DNA from: Octopus vulgaris
Taxonomy: Eukaryota
Direction of reading: 5' to 3'
DNA: 64,000 bases
Assembly: GCA_951406725.2 (NCBI GenBank)
Contig: OX597819.1
Location: 13,206,001 to 13,270,000 of the forward strand
Position 1 is the first letter of the stretch; each line of letters starts with the position of its first letter. Under the pieces are notes generated by a model. It did no database searches. It was given only the letters and a program-made list of their open reading frames with translations, and was not told where the DNA came from. This document shows positions 40,025 through 53,286 of this stretch, piece by piece. A program made the position numbers and the translations under genes.

Positions 40025-40460
40025 TGAAAGATACCGATAAAGAAATAATTTTATTCTCAAACACAGGATAATGCTAATAATATAGCCTGAACAGGATAAA
40101 CTATCCATATTTTGCAGAAAAATCTGTCAGCAGTCAGCCATGAGACTTGAACTCACATCCATGTGATTACGTGTCAAGTGCTTTACCATTAAACTAAACT
40201 GCCCGAAACAACAAATTTATGTACGAGTGTCTTATAAAGCTAGAGTTATATATCCTAAATTTGCAGAAGAATTTGCTGTTTTGGCAATTTTTGCTTAATG
40301 GTAAAGCACTTGATGCATAATCATAAGGATGTGAGTTCAAGTCTCATGGCTGGCCACTGACAAATGTTTCTGCAAAATATGGATATTTTATCCGGTTTAT
40401 GCTATTATTATTAGCACTATCCTGTGTTTGAGAATAAAATCATTTCCTTAGCTGTATCTA
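40025..40460. mobile_element. Head-to-head inverted pair of a tRNA-derived repeat
   Basis: 40025-40217 is reverse-complementary to 40268-40460; each arm has A/B-box-like motifs. Confidence 0.8.
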
Positions 40461-40683
40461 TGAATGTTATTATTATCAGAAAAATAGATAAATATATTAA
40501 TGCTTGCTATAACAATTTTCTAATTTATATCCACATGAAAATTTGCCTTAAATTCTGTTGTTTCTGCTCAACCTGATGAAAAGCAAAATCGTTCTTACAA
40601 CATTGATGTTCTGTGAGACAGAAAATTAGATTAGTAAATTGTTTGAAACTATAGATCATTGTAATTTAGATAGTTATCCCCTT

Positions 40684-40719
<36 letters not shown>

Positions 40720-43478
40720 TGTCTGTCTTAGAATCTGGCAAATATGGTAGCACAAACAACTACAATAGACTTCCCAATGAAATAAGGACCATCACTGATG
40801 AAAGCAGTTTTTGTTTGTAATTTTCTTCTTTTTTTTTTGTCATCACATGACATATATATGGAGACATTCAGTTTTTTTGTTATCTTGCTCTATGGACCAG
40901 TTCTGACCTTGTAAACCAACACTATAATCAAAGTTATTCCAACCATGTATATCCTCCCCCCACCTATTTAGGGCTACGATACCTAATGTGACCATATGGT
41001 TTGATTTGAAGACAATGTGGCTGCTATTTCTTTAGCAACCAAAATGTTTCAGGTTCAAACCCTGTCCAATCTACTGTGCCCTTGCAAGTAAAATTGGATC
41101 AATACAACTGTGCAGAAGGCTGCATTGTTCCTTGGTGGTCTGCTTTAAGTCCCTCATTCTGTTTAAAGCCACCACTAGGCCTTGAACTGTCTTTATCATG
41201 CTCCATTCCATTGCAAGCATTCAAACTGGGTCTCTGGTTGAGGATAAACCTTCAATTATGGGTTCTTCTTCTCTCTCACTGTCATCCTATAAGACCAGTG
41301 TGGAGGTGCAATGGCCGTGGTTAGGGCAGCGGACTCGAAGTCACAGGATTGCGGTTTCAATTCCCAGATTGGGCATTGTGTGTGTTTATTGAGCAAAAAC
41401 ACCCAAAGCTCCATGAGGCTCCGGCAGTGGGTAGTGGCAAACCCTGCTGTACTCTTTCACTACAACTTTCACTCTTTCTTCCTGTTTCTGTTGTACCTGT
41501 ATTTCAAAGGGCCAGTCTTGTCACACTATGTGTCATGCTGAGAACTACATTAAGGGTACATGTGTCTGTGGAGTGCTCAGCCACTTGCATGTTAATTTCA
41601 CGAGCAGGCTGTTCCGTTGATCAGATCAACTGGAACCCTCGTCATCATAAACAATGGAGTGCCACAATAAGACCTGATAACTAAGCCATTAACAAAATAA
41701 ACTGTAGACTCTAGCTGAAGCATTAAAGAACCTTTATTTTAAAATTAATTCTTTAAATTGTGTGGGCTAAGTCTCCCTTGCCTGCTGTGTCTATGCTCAC
41801 TACCAGCAACCCTTGAATACACATTCAGGAAGACACTAACTAGACAATGGAGAAAACCTAATACGTCCACATTTCCTATTCTTGGTCACCGCATATTAAA
41901 GAGGTGAAGAACAGAGAGTCTAATGTTTCAGACTTTATTCTTCATTTGAGAATGAGGAAAAGAGGTAAAAAACATCATTTGTGCTGGAGGCAAGTAAGAA
42001 TATTTTTTACTGCTTCCAGCCTGAGTCTCACAACAGCAGTTTTTTCCTCCTTCCCACATTCTTAGACAAAGAGCGAAATCATTATCAGATTCTACAGTCT
42101 TCATGGTGAATTCTTTGATTAATTGTTGGTGGTGCAGGTGGCACGTAAAAAGCACCCACTACACTCGCGGAGTGGTTGGCGTTAGGAAGAGCATCCAGCT
42201 GTAGAAACACTGCCAGATCAGACTGGAGCCTGGAGCAGCCCCTGGCTCCCCAGACCCCGGTCGAACTGTCCAACCCGTGCTAGCGCAGAAAACGGACGTT
42301 AAACGATGATGATGATGATGATGATGATATAGATCGTCATTGCTTACCAAATTTTAGTCCATCAGATAATCTATAGTATAGGATAATCTATAGCATATTA
42401 GAGTGTAAAGCTTAATCCTCTTGCTGTTATATCTGGAGTGCTTGAAGTGAAGACTGTGTCCAATGATTTGACTGATGGTTTGATTGTAAGACTTAGGTCT
42501 TCTTTACCAAAACTAACCATGGACTATACCACCACCATCACCGCATCAACAACAACAGTACTTTACAATGTACACATCCTAGTCAACTTTCTGTGTTTGA
42601 AGAATACCACAGACAAATCCAAACTAAACTGTCCCCAAAAACCTTCCCAAATTCTTGCCCTCTTGATATCCTTTCACATTGATTTCAAACCATACTGATC
42701 TGATGCCAGAATTCATTGTCATATTCTTACTTCCATTATTCTGATTTTAAGTTTCATTTTTGCATTTACTTTGGATGCTGCCTCTTTCCAATGTCGCCAC
42801 ATCTCCAAATATCTTTTACTTTATTTCTGACAAAAGCTATTCTCTTCTTCATCTAATTCTATTCTATTCTTTATCAATGATCTTTTGTTATTTTGACCTT
42901 CATTTTGAAATAAATTTTATAATCCTTTAAAACTTCAAACCTAAAATTTCTCTTCTATATATCTGTATTGATTCTTTCATATTATTTACAAAACTCTTTA
43001 GAGACTTATTAACGAATTGGTGTGACTTTATCTTATGGTTTCACATAACAGCAAGCTTAATGAAATTCAGTAGACAAAACCTAACAGAAATAATTCATCC
43101 AGACAACAGTTTTGTATGACAGGCTGGGGTGACATATAATTAAGTCTATAATTATCGAAGATTAAACTAATTTATCAGAAGATATTGTTTTAGAATAACA
43201 CTAAATGCCAGAATGTAGAAATCTCTTTAAATGATCTTCACACATGCAAACTCGTTTACTCCCACCTTTCTCTTGTTAGTAAACACACATTTATATACGC
43301 ACATACAAACATGCATAAGACTAATTCTCAGATAGTCTCGAGGCAGACCTTGAAGAGAGAGGCAAGTCATTGAAGAGGCCGCGAATAATGATGAATAGAC
43401 TTTAACAAGCAGATGATTGATTGTTTAACCAACACATTAAACAAATGATTGATTGGTTTGTTGGTTAAATATTTGACT

Positions 43479-43862
43479 GTGGAGGCGCAATGGCCCAGTG
43501 GTTAGGGCAGCGGACTCGCGGTCATAGGATTGCGGTTTCGATTACCAGACCGGGCGTTGTGAGTGTTTATTGAGCAAAAACACCTAAGGCTCCAATAGGC
43601 TCTGGCAGGGGATGGTGGTGATCCCTGCTGTGCTCTTTTACCACAACTTTCTCTCACTCTTACTTCCTGTTTCTGTTGTACCTGTATTTCAAAGGGCCGG
43701 CCTTGTCACTCTCTGTGTCACGCTGAATATCCCCGAGAACTACGTTAAGAGTGCACGTGTCTGTGGAGTGCTCAGTCACTTACACGTTAATTTCACGAGC
43801 AGGCTGTTCCGTTGATTCGGATCAACCGGAACCCTCGTCGTCGTAACCGATGGAGTGCTTCC
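43479..43862 (+). mobile_element. tRNA(Arg)-like SINE family 3 with 12-bp TSD
   Basis: TSD aaatatttgact at 43467-43478 and 43863-43874; older copy at 41300-41665. Confidence 0.9.
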
Positions 43863-45010
43863 AAATATTTGACTAATTGACTAATAATTAAAAAATGATA
43901 TTGAGCCAGTGCCTGTGTTGTTGTTATTGGTGTAATGACCTTCCCAAGACAAGATTTATTTCAACACACAAATTTACATCAAGAATCTTGCAAACCAAAT
44001 GCAAAAACGAAACAGGCCAACTCAACCATCCCATAAATAGCAACCAATAAAAACCCCAAAAAAGGTGGAATATTTTTCTGCCAATAATCTATAATGACAG
44101 GAGGTTGATACATATTACTGACTAAAAATAATCGTGGCTTAGTATGGCTGTAGTCCAATGACTGAATCCAACCCCTTTATTTTTGGATCTTTTGGGTTTA
44201 CATGACCTACATATTTGCATCATCATCATTTTAATGTCCACTTTACCTTGCTTGCATGGGCCTGATGGAATTTGCTGAGGCCAATTTTCCATGTTGGATG
44301 CCCTTCCTGTTACCAACCATCACCTGTTTCCAAGCAAGGCAATATTTCCTCTTGGTTGGACATGTTTTCATGGACACAAATAGCATGGCTTGTAAGATGT
44401 TTACAACTGTCATGTGATGTCAAGACAAGGAGATGCAAACACACACACACACATATTTTTTATTTCACTTGTTTCAGTCATTTTGACGGTGGCCATGCTG
44501 GAGCACTGCCTTTTAGTCAAAGAAATCGTCCTCTGGACTTTTTCTTTGTAAGCTTGATACTTCTTCCTATCAGTCTCTTTTGCTGGGCTGCTAAGTTACA
44601 GGGATGTAAACACACCAACACTGGTTGTCAAGTGACGGGGAACAAATACAGACACAAATACACAAAAATATACATATATATATATATATACACGACAGGC
44701 TTCCTTCAGTTTCGGTCTACCAAATCCACTCACAAAGATTTGGTTGGCCTGAGGCTATAGTAGAAGACACTTGCCCAAGTTGCCACACAGTGGGATTGAA
44801 CCCTGAACCATGTGGTTGGGAAGCAAGTTCCTTACCACACAGCCACAGTACAATTTTAACAGTAGTTTTAAATTTAAGGTTAACTCTTTTGTCACACCAA
44901 CTATTTTCCTGCTTTTTTTAGTTTACCATTATTAATTCTATCTCTGTTGGAATCATTGAAAAGAATATTTGAAAATATAGCTCTTTTTTTTCTGTTTAAT
45001 CATTTTATAG

Positions 45011-45121
45011 ATGTTGCCAACAATGAGAATGTTGATCCTGGTAAACGTCATGCTATCAGTGGACCAGACTACCTTGAGAAACGTGGCCGGGTAAGGCGGA
45101 AATCCAGCAATCTGATTCCAG
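45011..45121 (+). CDS. PLEKHG1: RhoGEF exon: (Y)VANNENVDPGKRHAISGPDYLEKRGRVRRKSSNLIP
   Basis: pyrimidine tract plus tttatag acceptor, gtaaag donor; phase 1-1 continues the frame. Confidence 0.75.
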
Positions 45122-45272
45122 GTAAAGTGAACAGTCGCTAGTCATGTTGGGTTTGGGAAATTATCTTTATTCTGTTGCAATATTATTTTCTTCATTGCTA
45201 TCTTCACTGTTTGAGAAAAATATTAAGAATGATCTCGTTTGGGAACTGCTACTTGGAGGAAGAGAGAGAGAG

Positions 45273-45347
<75 letters not shown>

Positions 45348-45689
45348 TACCAAAGGGAGAGAATCACTTTTAAGTTCCTTTCTTTCTCCTTATGTTGGGA
45401 ATCTTTGTATAAAATAGCTATTTGTGCCATATAGCAGCCAAATCTCCTTCAATCATAGCCTACCATCTTTAAAAAAAGCACACTTCGGACAATGTAGTCC
45501 ACAATATTCAAAAGATGGAATGGTTACAACAAAATGTGAGGCATAGGTTTGCTCCATCATGGCTTTACCTGGGGTGAAGCAACGTTTGTTTCTTTTTTTT
45601 GTTTTGTCCCCCTCCGTCAAGAGCAGAGTTTAAAAAGTTCAGCATTGATTGAATAAACCTAGGCTCTCCAGACGTAAGCATTTTGACTA

Positions 45690-46830
45690 TACAGGGTGTG
45701 TAAGGTATTTGAGGACATAGCTTTTTTGTGTCATTGCTGCATTTTTAGCTTATTCTGTATAATCATTGTTTCGGAGAATAATAATGGCAGATCCTCAGCT
45801 TACTCAAGAAATGATGAGGAATGCTGTTATTGTGGTTATAAAGGCTGAGCATAGTGATTTAGAAATATCTCGATTTTTAAAAGTTGTCAGATCTTTTGTA
45901 TACAAAGTTTGTAAGGAGCTAGAGATTGAAAATGGAAACATATCACCAGTACCAAAGCATAAAAAGCATTCTGAATGCTCTGAAATCATCAGAACACCCG
46001 AATTTATCCAGCAAGTTTATCAAACCATTGATTACAATCCCAGAAAGTCCATGAGGTCAATTGCGAAAGATCTCCATGTATCAAAAGAAACAGTCAGAAG
46101 GAAATTTTGTCCATAAAAACATCAGATATAAGCCTATTATGATGAGGAAAGGTCAATTTGTCAGAAAATGTAAAAGCAAATCACTACATTAGATCTAAAA
46201 GGCTCTTAAACAAACTGAAAAATCCAGCAGCAGAAGATTTGATTTGGTTTTTCTCAAATGAAAAAAATTTTGACTAAGATCAAAAAGTTAACAGAAGAAA
46301 TGACAGATGGTTATGTGCAGACCCTTCTGAAGTTCCAAGTGTTATGCATACAAAATTTCCTGCAACTGTCATAGTTTTAGGGGTTGTCAGCAATGAAAGA
46401 CATGTGATGCCTCTTTACTTCTTTCCACAAGACTTTAGAGTTAACTCTGCCGCCTACATTGAGGTCTTGGAAATAATCGTTAAGCCCTGGCTAGATAGTG
46501 TATGCAACGGAAGGCCATATGTATTTCAGTAAGAGTCTGCACTATCACACATGGCTCTAGTAACACAGGAATGGATGGCTGAAAATTTTCGTGATCACAT
46601 AACCCCTAACATTTGGTCTCCTAATTCTTCAGATCTCAATCCATTGGACTATTACATGTGGATCATTGTTGAGAGAGAGGTCAATGAACACACCCATAAC
46701 ACCAAAGATTCTTTGAAAGCTGCCATAGTCAGAGTAATGTCCAAAATGAACCAGGACCACTTGATTCGAGCATGTAGATAATTTAGATCTACACGCAGTT
46801 GTTGAAGCTGAAGGTGGCTTTATTGATTAA
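45690..46830 (+). pseudogene. Decayed Tc1/mariner DD37D (maT-type) transposase
   Basis: TA-CAGGGTG 5' end; HTH region (NPRKSMRSIAKDLHVS), FFSNEKNF, YVFQ*ESALSH...WSPNSSDLNPLDY with 37-residue spacing; stops and frameshifts. Confidence 0.9.
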
Positions 46831-47642
46831 CATTATAGAAAAGGTTTATTATTATCCTCCTCTCTGTACGTTGTGAAGTGTGGCTAAAGAAATCAACCAA
46901 CTGTTCAGCAGAATCATTAGCATGCTGGACAAAATACTTAGCGTCATTTTGTCCGTCTTTACGTTCTGAGTTCAAATTCCGCCAAGGTCAACTTTGCCTT
47001 TCACCCTTTGGGGGTTGATAAAATAAGTACCAGATGAGCTCTGGAGTCGATGTAATTGACTTTTTCCTCCCCAAAATTGCTGGATCTGTACCAAAATTTT
47101 AAACAATTACTATTATAGTAACACACACCTGAAGTAGTGAACTGTTTCTTCTTCTTCTTCTACTGCTGCTGCTACTACTACTACTACTACAACAATAATA
47201 AATGGATCACACGTGAAATATTCTTTACTTTGTTTCTTTAGAACATTTAATGGCGTTCGTGTCATTATCTTTCGTTATTTCGTTGTTACATGAAGAAGGT
47301 CTGACAGGGTTTTATTTTTATGATACAAATATAGAAAGAACTATTGCTATCAAACCTGTTAATTTATTGACTGTAAAAACGTTTATGTCACTAGAATCCA
47401 GAGTTACAAGACAAAGTCTCAAGAAAACTACAATAAACTGATTTATACCTTGTTTTATGTATTATACCTTGCCTTTTATAGTTTACTTTAAGTTATTGAA
47501 TAAAGCGTGATTCTCTTCCCAAATACTATAGTATATAAAATTAAGTTGGGTCAATGTAATACCTCTGTATAAACAAGATGGATTGTCAATGTGTTTTGTC
47601 AGTAAATAAGTGACTTGAAATTTATTATTTATTTAATTATTC

Positions 47643-48059
47643 GGCAATCTTTCGTCTCTAGTAGACCTTTCCGTCGATTTCCGTAAAAGAATTTTTTCTT
47701 TTACATATGGGCTTGCGGAAACTTTTGAAGTAATGAGAGCGAAAGAGACTAAGAGAAAGCGATTATATGACGAGGGAAGTTCTTTTGAAGTTACCTCTGT
47801 CTCTTCACATACACTAACAGAAGCACTTCACTTACACAACATACTGTCTGTCTCCCACACCCTATCAAACACACACACACACATGTACATCAATGCTCCC
47901 ATGCACGGTAATTTCAAAAGAACTTCCCTCGTCATACAATCGCTTTCTCTTAGTCTCTTTCGCTCTCATTACTTCAAAAGTTCCCGCAAGCCCATATGTA
48001 AAAAAAAAAATTTTTTTACGGAAATCGACGGAAAGGTCTACTAGAGACGAAAGATTGCC
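47643..48059. mobile_element. Foldback MITE with GGCAA termini and 8-bp TSD (Merlin-like)
   Basis: TSD aattattc at 47635-47642 and 48060-48067; arms of about 150 bp. Confidence 0.8.
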
Positions 48060-49469
48060 AATTATTCTATTATTTGTGGTATTTAAAATAAACTGTGGCA
48101 TTTTTTCTCCTCGCCAAAATAATGAACTTTTTTTTTTCTGTTATGTATTTTCGCCGTTCCTATTGTCACTCATTCATTTAATCATTTATGACCAAACAAG
48201 AGAGTCTTTAGGCAGCTACAACAACTGCTAGAAATAGTAGCGAAATCGTATGAAAAAGAAACAACTTAGGGATGATCACGGCTGGAATTCTTTTAATTCT
48301 AAGTTTGGTCTAAGTTCAGGGCTAGACAACCAAAACAATAACAACCCGAAGAAACTTCAGGCGACGCAGATTTTCGTGTTTTTACGATGTTTTTTCCTTT
48401 TTGTTTTGTTTTCCATTGATTCTTTATTTCGCTGCCCTGCAAGAAATTCGGTCTGAACTGTCACCATTTTCATTTAAACTCCAAAGATAATGGCCGTGAA
48501 AACAATTTTATCCCTTTCGTCATTATATTTCTCTTGAAATACAACTGCCTGCTACTTAGATTCATTTTGAAAATAAGCAAAAATTCCGAAAGATTTATTA
48601 AAATAAACTATTTCATTAATAAGTTGGTGTTTGGAAAATAATTTACAAAGAAAGAGAAGATGCTGACAGAAACTTTTGGTAGGAACTTTTAATTTTAATA
48701 TAAGCACTTAAAGAGCAGAACTTTCATTCATATAAGTGGTGTTGGACTGAAAGGGGAGCTATTTATTTCTTTATTGCCCACAGGGGGCTAAACATAGAGG
48801 GGACAAACAAGGACAAAGGGATTAAGTCGATTACATCGATCCCAGTGATTTACTGGTACTTATTTAATCGACCCCGAAAGGATGAAAGGCAAAGTCGACC
48901 TTGGCGAGAATGAAAGGGGAGTTATTTATTTCTTTATTGCCCACAGGGGGCTAAACATAGAGGGGACAGACAAGGGGATTAAGTCGATTATATCGACTCC
49001 AGTGATTTACTGGTACTTATTTAATCGACCCCGAAAGGATGAAAGGCAAAGTCAACCTCGGCGGAATTTTAAATGAAAAGGGAATTATTATTAAATAAAA
49101 TCGTTAACACGCTGGACAAAATGCTTAGCGACATTTTTTCCGGCTTTAAGTTCTGAATTCAAATTCCATCGAAGTCGAATATGCCTTCCATCCTTTTAAA
49201 GGTGTCCACAATGAAGCACTGGAATTTTCGGCATCAGTTAGTTTCGTTTTCTCGATCACAGTAAGAGCAGTCAAAAGATCCCTTCTTCTGTCTGATGATG
49301 TGTGGTTTAAGGCAAATCTCTCTCTATATAAAGCTGAAGTTGTCTGCGTATGGCAGGTTTGGTAGCCTTCAAGTAACACTATCTCCTCCGAGACCCTGCG
49401 GCGCAAGTTGACCAAAATTGAGAGTATGATAGAAGAAGGCTTGCTCTTCCTTCCGTAGAAGAAAAAAAG

Positions 49470-49923
49470 GGCGATGTTTCGCTTGTCGTAGCACACGTTT
49501 CCGTCGATTGTCGATTTCCGTAAAAAATGTAAACACTGAATCAGCCATACATACATACATACATACATACACACATACATACACACACACATACATACAC
49601 ACACATACATAGATACATACACACACACATACATGCAGACATACATATACACATACACCGAGTAAAAAATTTCAGTTATCTCTCTCTTTCACACATTACT
49701 CTCTCTGTCTCTTCGCACACACTAACAGAAGCACTTCACTTACACAACATACTGTCTGTCTCCCACACCCCATCAAACACACACACGGGGACTTCAAAGA
49801 GAAATTTCCTCGTCATAAAATCGCTTCCTCTTAGTCTCTTTCGCTCTCATTACTTATGTAAAAAAATAAAAGTTTTTTACGGAAATCGACGGAAACTTGT
49901 GCTACGACAAGCGAAACATCGCC
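49470..49923. mobile_element. Merlin-like MITE (GGCGA termini), 8-bp TSD aaaaaaag
   Basis: ggcgatgtttcgcttgtcgtagcac / gtgctacgacaagcgaaacatcgcc; TSD at 49462-49469 and 49924-49931. Confidence 0.78.
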
Positions 49924-49930
49924 AAAAAAA

Positions 49931-50216
49931 GGCAATCTTACAGTTCTAGTATATTTTACGTCAACTGACCACGTGTATTTGTTTATATATGATCGTCGAT
50001 TTCCCTAAAAACCTTATATTTTTTTTACATATGGGGTTGGGGGGAAATGGGATCTTTGGGGTTAGGGTTACCCCAAAGATCCCATTTCCCCACCCAACCC
50101 CATATGTAACAAAATAAATGTAAAAAAATAAAAGGTTTTTACGGAAATCGACGATCATATATAAACAAATACACGTGGTCAGTTGACGTAAAGTATACTA
50201 GAACCGTAAGATTGCC
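49931..50216. mobile_element. Palindromic Merlin-like MITE with TTAGGG-like centre
   Basis: near-perfect palindrome; TSD gaaaaaaa at 49461-49468 and 50217-50224. Confidence 0.8.
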
Positions 50217-50614
50217 GAAAAAAATTGAAATCGGAACCATGTTAACACCAAAAATTATTTACATCAAGAAGGTGCTTTTTTTCTATGAAAATCCCTATTT
50301 TTTACGATCTTTTGACTGCTGTGTCGCCATTTTTCGGTGTATTTCAACCAGAAAAATGTTCACTTAAAGAGAATAACAAGCTACATAATGCAACATTTTC
50401 ACTTTTCAAAATCTCAATTCTAAAGGGTCGAAACAAACCCGAGCAACTGCTAGTTTTAAATAAATACCTTTCAAACGGCATAGGATACGATTATAAAGAA
50501 ATTTGCGGGGGAAATCTTTTCCGAGGGGGTGAGGAGAGGACTTTCGGAAAATTCACGAGGTCCGATTTTTTCCCCATAACTTTGAGGAAAATGGATATCT
50601 TTTGATGAAATTTT

Positions 50615-50911
50615 GACAATCTTACGGTTCTAGTATATTTTACGTCAAATGACCACGTGCATTTGTTTATATATGATCGTCGATTTCCGTAAAAAACTTT
50701 TATTTTTTACATTTATTTTTTTACATATGGAGTTGGGGGAGAAATGGGATCTTTGGGTTACGGTTAGGACCCTAACCCTAACCCCAAAGATCCCATTTCC
50801 TCCCAACCCCATATGTAGAAAAATAAAAGTTTTTTACGGAAATCGACGATCATATATAAACAAATACACGTTGTCAGTTGACGTAAAATATACTAGAACC
50901 GTAAGATTGCA
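50615..50911. mobile_element. Palindromic Merlin-like MITE with TTAGGG/CCCTAA centre
   Basis: TSD gaaatttt at 50607-50614 and 50912-50919; same family as 49931-50216. Confidence 0.8.
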
Positions 50912-53250
50912 GAAATTTTATATATAAATACCTTTCAAACGGTATACATTACGGTTATAAAGAAATTTGTGATGAAAATCTTTTCCGAGGGGTGGGGGAC
51001 CTTCGAAGCGAAAGAAATTCATAAATTATTGGAAAAAAAGTCTGAAAAAAACTTTTTTTGAGTGATAGTAAAATGTTTTTTAAAAGATCCCATGTACCAC
51101 GGTGAGAGAAACAAATTCATAAATAAGGTGTTGAATATGGTTTCACTATAGAAAAAAGTTAAGGGCGATTTAGCTGTTGTTTTTAGAATATCTCACGATA
51201 TCTCACGCCTGATACCTTCCTTATTTGTTTAATATTTTCTGTTAATTACGACAAGTTCTCTCAGTCACCAATAAGCAAATTAACAAACCTAATGAGTGTA
51301 GGAAGATCTGTATTGAATGTTTTAAAGTATAAACCGAGTTTACCTTTAACGACTTCAAGAACTGGTATACATTCTTCCGTGTCATCAGGAACATGGGGAT
51401 AGTCTTGCAGCCTCCAAAAGAAACTTATGAAGTGGCTGGGTTGGCAGAGAGATGGCCCAAAATATTGTTTGAAGCGACATATTGTTTCAAGTAGCTCTTT
51501 CTCATTCCGGGTCGAATAATACACTTTTTCAGGCTTCCCCACAAATGCTCAATATTTTGAGTGTAAATAGAAAGGAATTTATATAAGATTTCACTAAAAG
51601 ATATCTATTTTCCTCTAAGTTTTGAAGGAAAAAAATCGGATCTCGGCAATTTTCCGAAAGTCCTCTCCTCACACCCTCGGAAAAAATTTTTCCCCATAAT
51701 TTTTTTTATAACCGTAATGTATACCGTTTGAAAGATATTTATTTAAAATTTCATTTTAAAAAAAAAAATCATTTTCTTAAAGTTATGAAGGAAAAACTCA
51801 GATCTTGCGAATTTTCCGAAAGTCACCTCCTCACCCCACCCCCATTACTTTGCGCGCAATTTTCCTTTCATTTTCGTTTTATACACATTTTTTTTTTACA
51901 CACGTTACAGTAGTAAATTTTTTTTTTGTTTTCGTTTCCGGATAATATTGTAAACATTAACTGAACTTTTTTTCAAACAAAAACTTGTTAGCCTGATTTC
52001 TTTCTTGTTTTGCACATATAATTTCAACACAACTTTCCGTCCACGCTCAAGCCTAAACATCCCAACCAAGGATACGTGTCTTAAAATGCTTTCAAGTTTA
52101 TCAGACTGTTGAGTATCTTTTCTGCTTTAGACCGTAAGGTCCCGGGTTCCTTTTTTTATATCTTTTATCTGTTACTTGTTTCAAGTCTTTAGACTGCAGC
52201 CTTACCGGAGCACCGCCTTGAAGAATTTAAGTGAATGAATGGGTCCCAATATTTTTTTTTAAATCCCGGTACTTATTCTATCAGTATCTTTCGCTCAATC
52301 GCTAAGTTACAGAGACATAAACACGCCAATATTGGTCAAGCGGTGGTGGACAGGGAAACACACACACATACTACATCTTGGGCAAGTGACTTCTGTAGCT
52401 CTAAGCTGACCAAAGCCTTGTGAGTGGATTTGGTAAACGGAAACTGAAAGAAGTTTGTTGCATGCATGTGTGTATGTATGTATGTATGTGTGTGCATGTG
52501 TCGTCTTGTCTTCACATTATTTGATGGTTGTAAATGAGTATCACTGTCATACAAGCAGTGTAATTTCTTTCCAGTATCTTGTCTAATCATGTCTGGCCAT
52601 GGGGAAATATTAGCTTGCTTGGAGACAGGTGAGGGTTGGTGACTGAAAGAGCACCCAACTGTAGAAAATCTGCTTTAATGAATATATCTGACCCATGAGA
52701 ACATGAAGTGGATATTCAAACTAAGAGGATGAGATGGTGTTTATATGAACTACAAAGCATTGATGTTTAGCCCTGGGTCAACCATGATTCAGTAGATCTA
52801 TAATCCAAGATATTCCAGCTGTTGCCAGCTGGTCTTTTAGGGATGTCGGGACTACATTAGCTAATATGGCTTTCCTTACTTTTTTGCTTAGATGGTGGAG
52901 TGTTATAAAAAATGTTAGCCTGTTATTTTTGGCTGGTCAAGCTATTTGCATAGAGACTCTGAGAAGTTCCTAGTTGCTGTTGTTCTTAATCCCCTGGTCA
53001 GCCCTGAATGATCAAAGAAATTCTGCTCATGACTAACCTGATTTTTTAGGGTCATCTAGGGTTGGTGGTTACATTATTCAATATATCTTTCCTTGTCTAA
53101 GCCAGTGAAAAGTATTTGGAGTAGATTCTTTGGCTGCTATTACTAGAAAGTCAAATGGCCATGTAAGAGGTCTGAGAAAATGTTATAGGTAGGGGAATAA
53201 GTTTTCTTTAGTTTAATAAGCAATGAACACTTTACCATTCTCTTTTGCAG

Positions 53251-53286
53251 ATTTTACCTTACTTAAACCTCAGCGCCTTCGAAAAG
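53251..53286 (+). CDS. PLEKHG1: RhoGEF 36-nt exon: (D)FTLLKPQRLRK
   Basis: ttctcttttgcag acceptor, AAG|gtaagt donor; phase 1-1. Confidence 0.7.

Larger units (their letters stand above)
49317..50453 (+). mobile_element. Helitron-like element carrying nested MITEs
   Basis: A|TCTCTCTCTATATATAAAG 5' end; cccgagcaac...CTAG|T 3' end related to 30006-30390. Confidence 0.65.
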
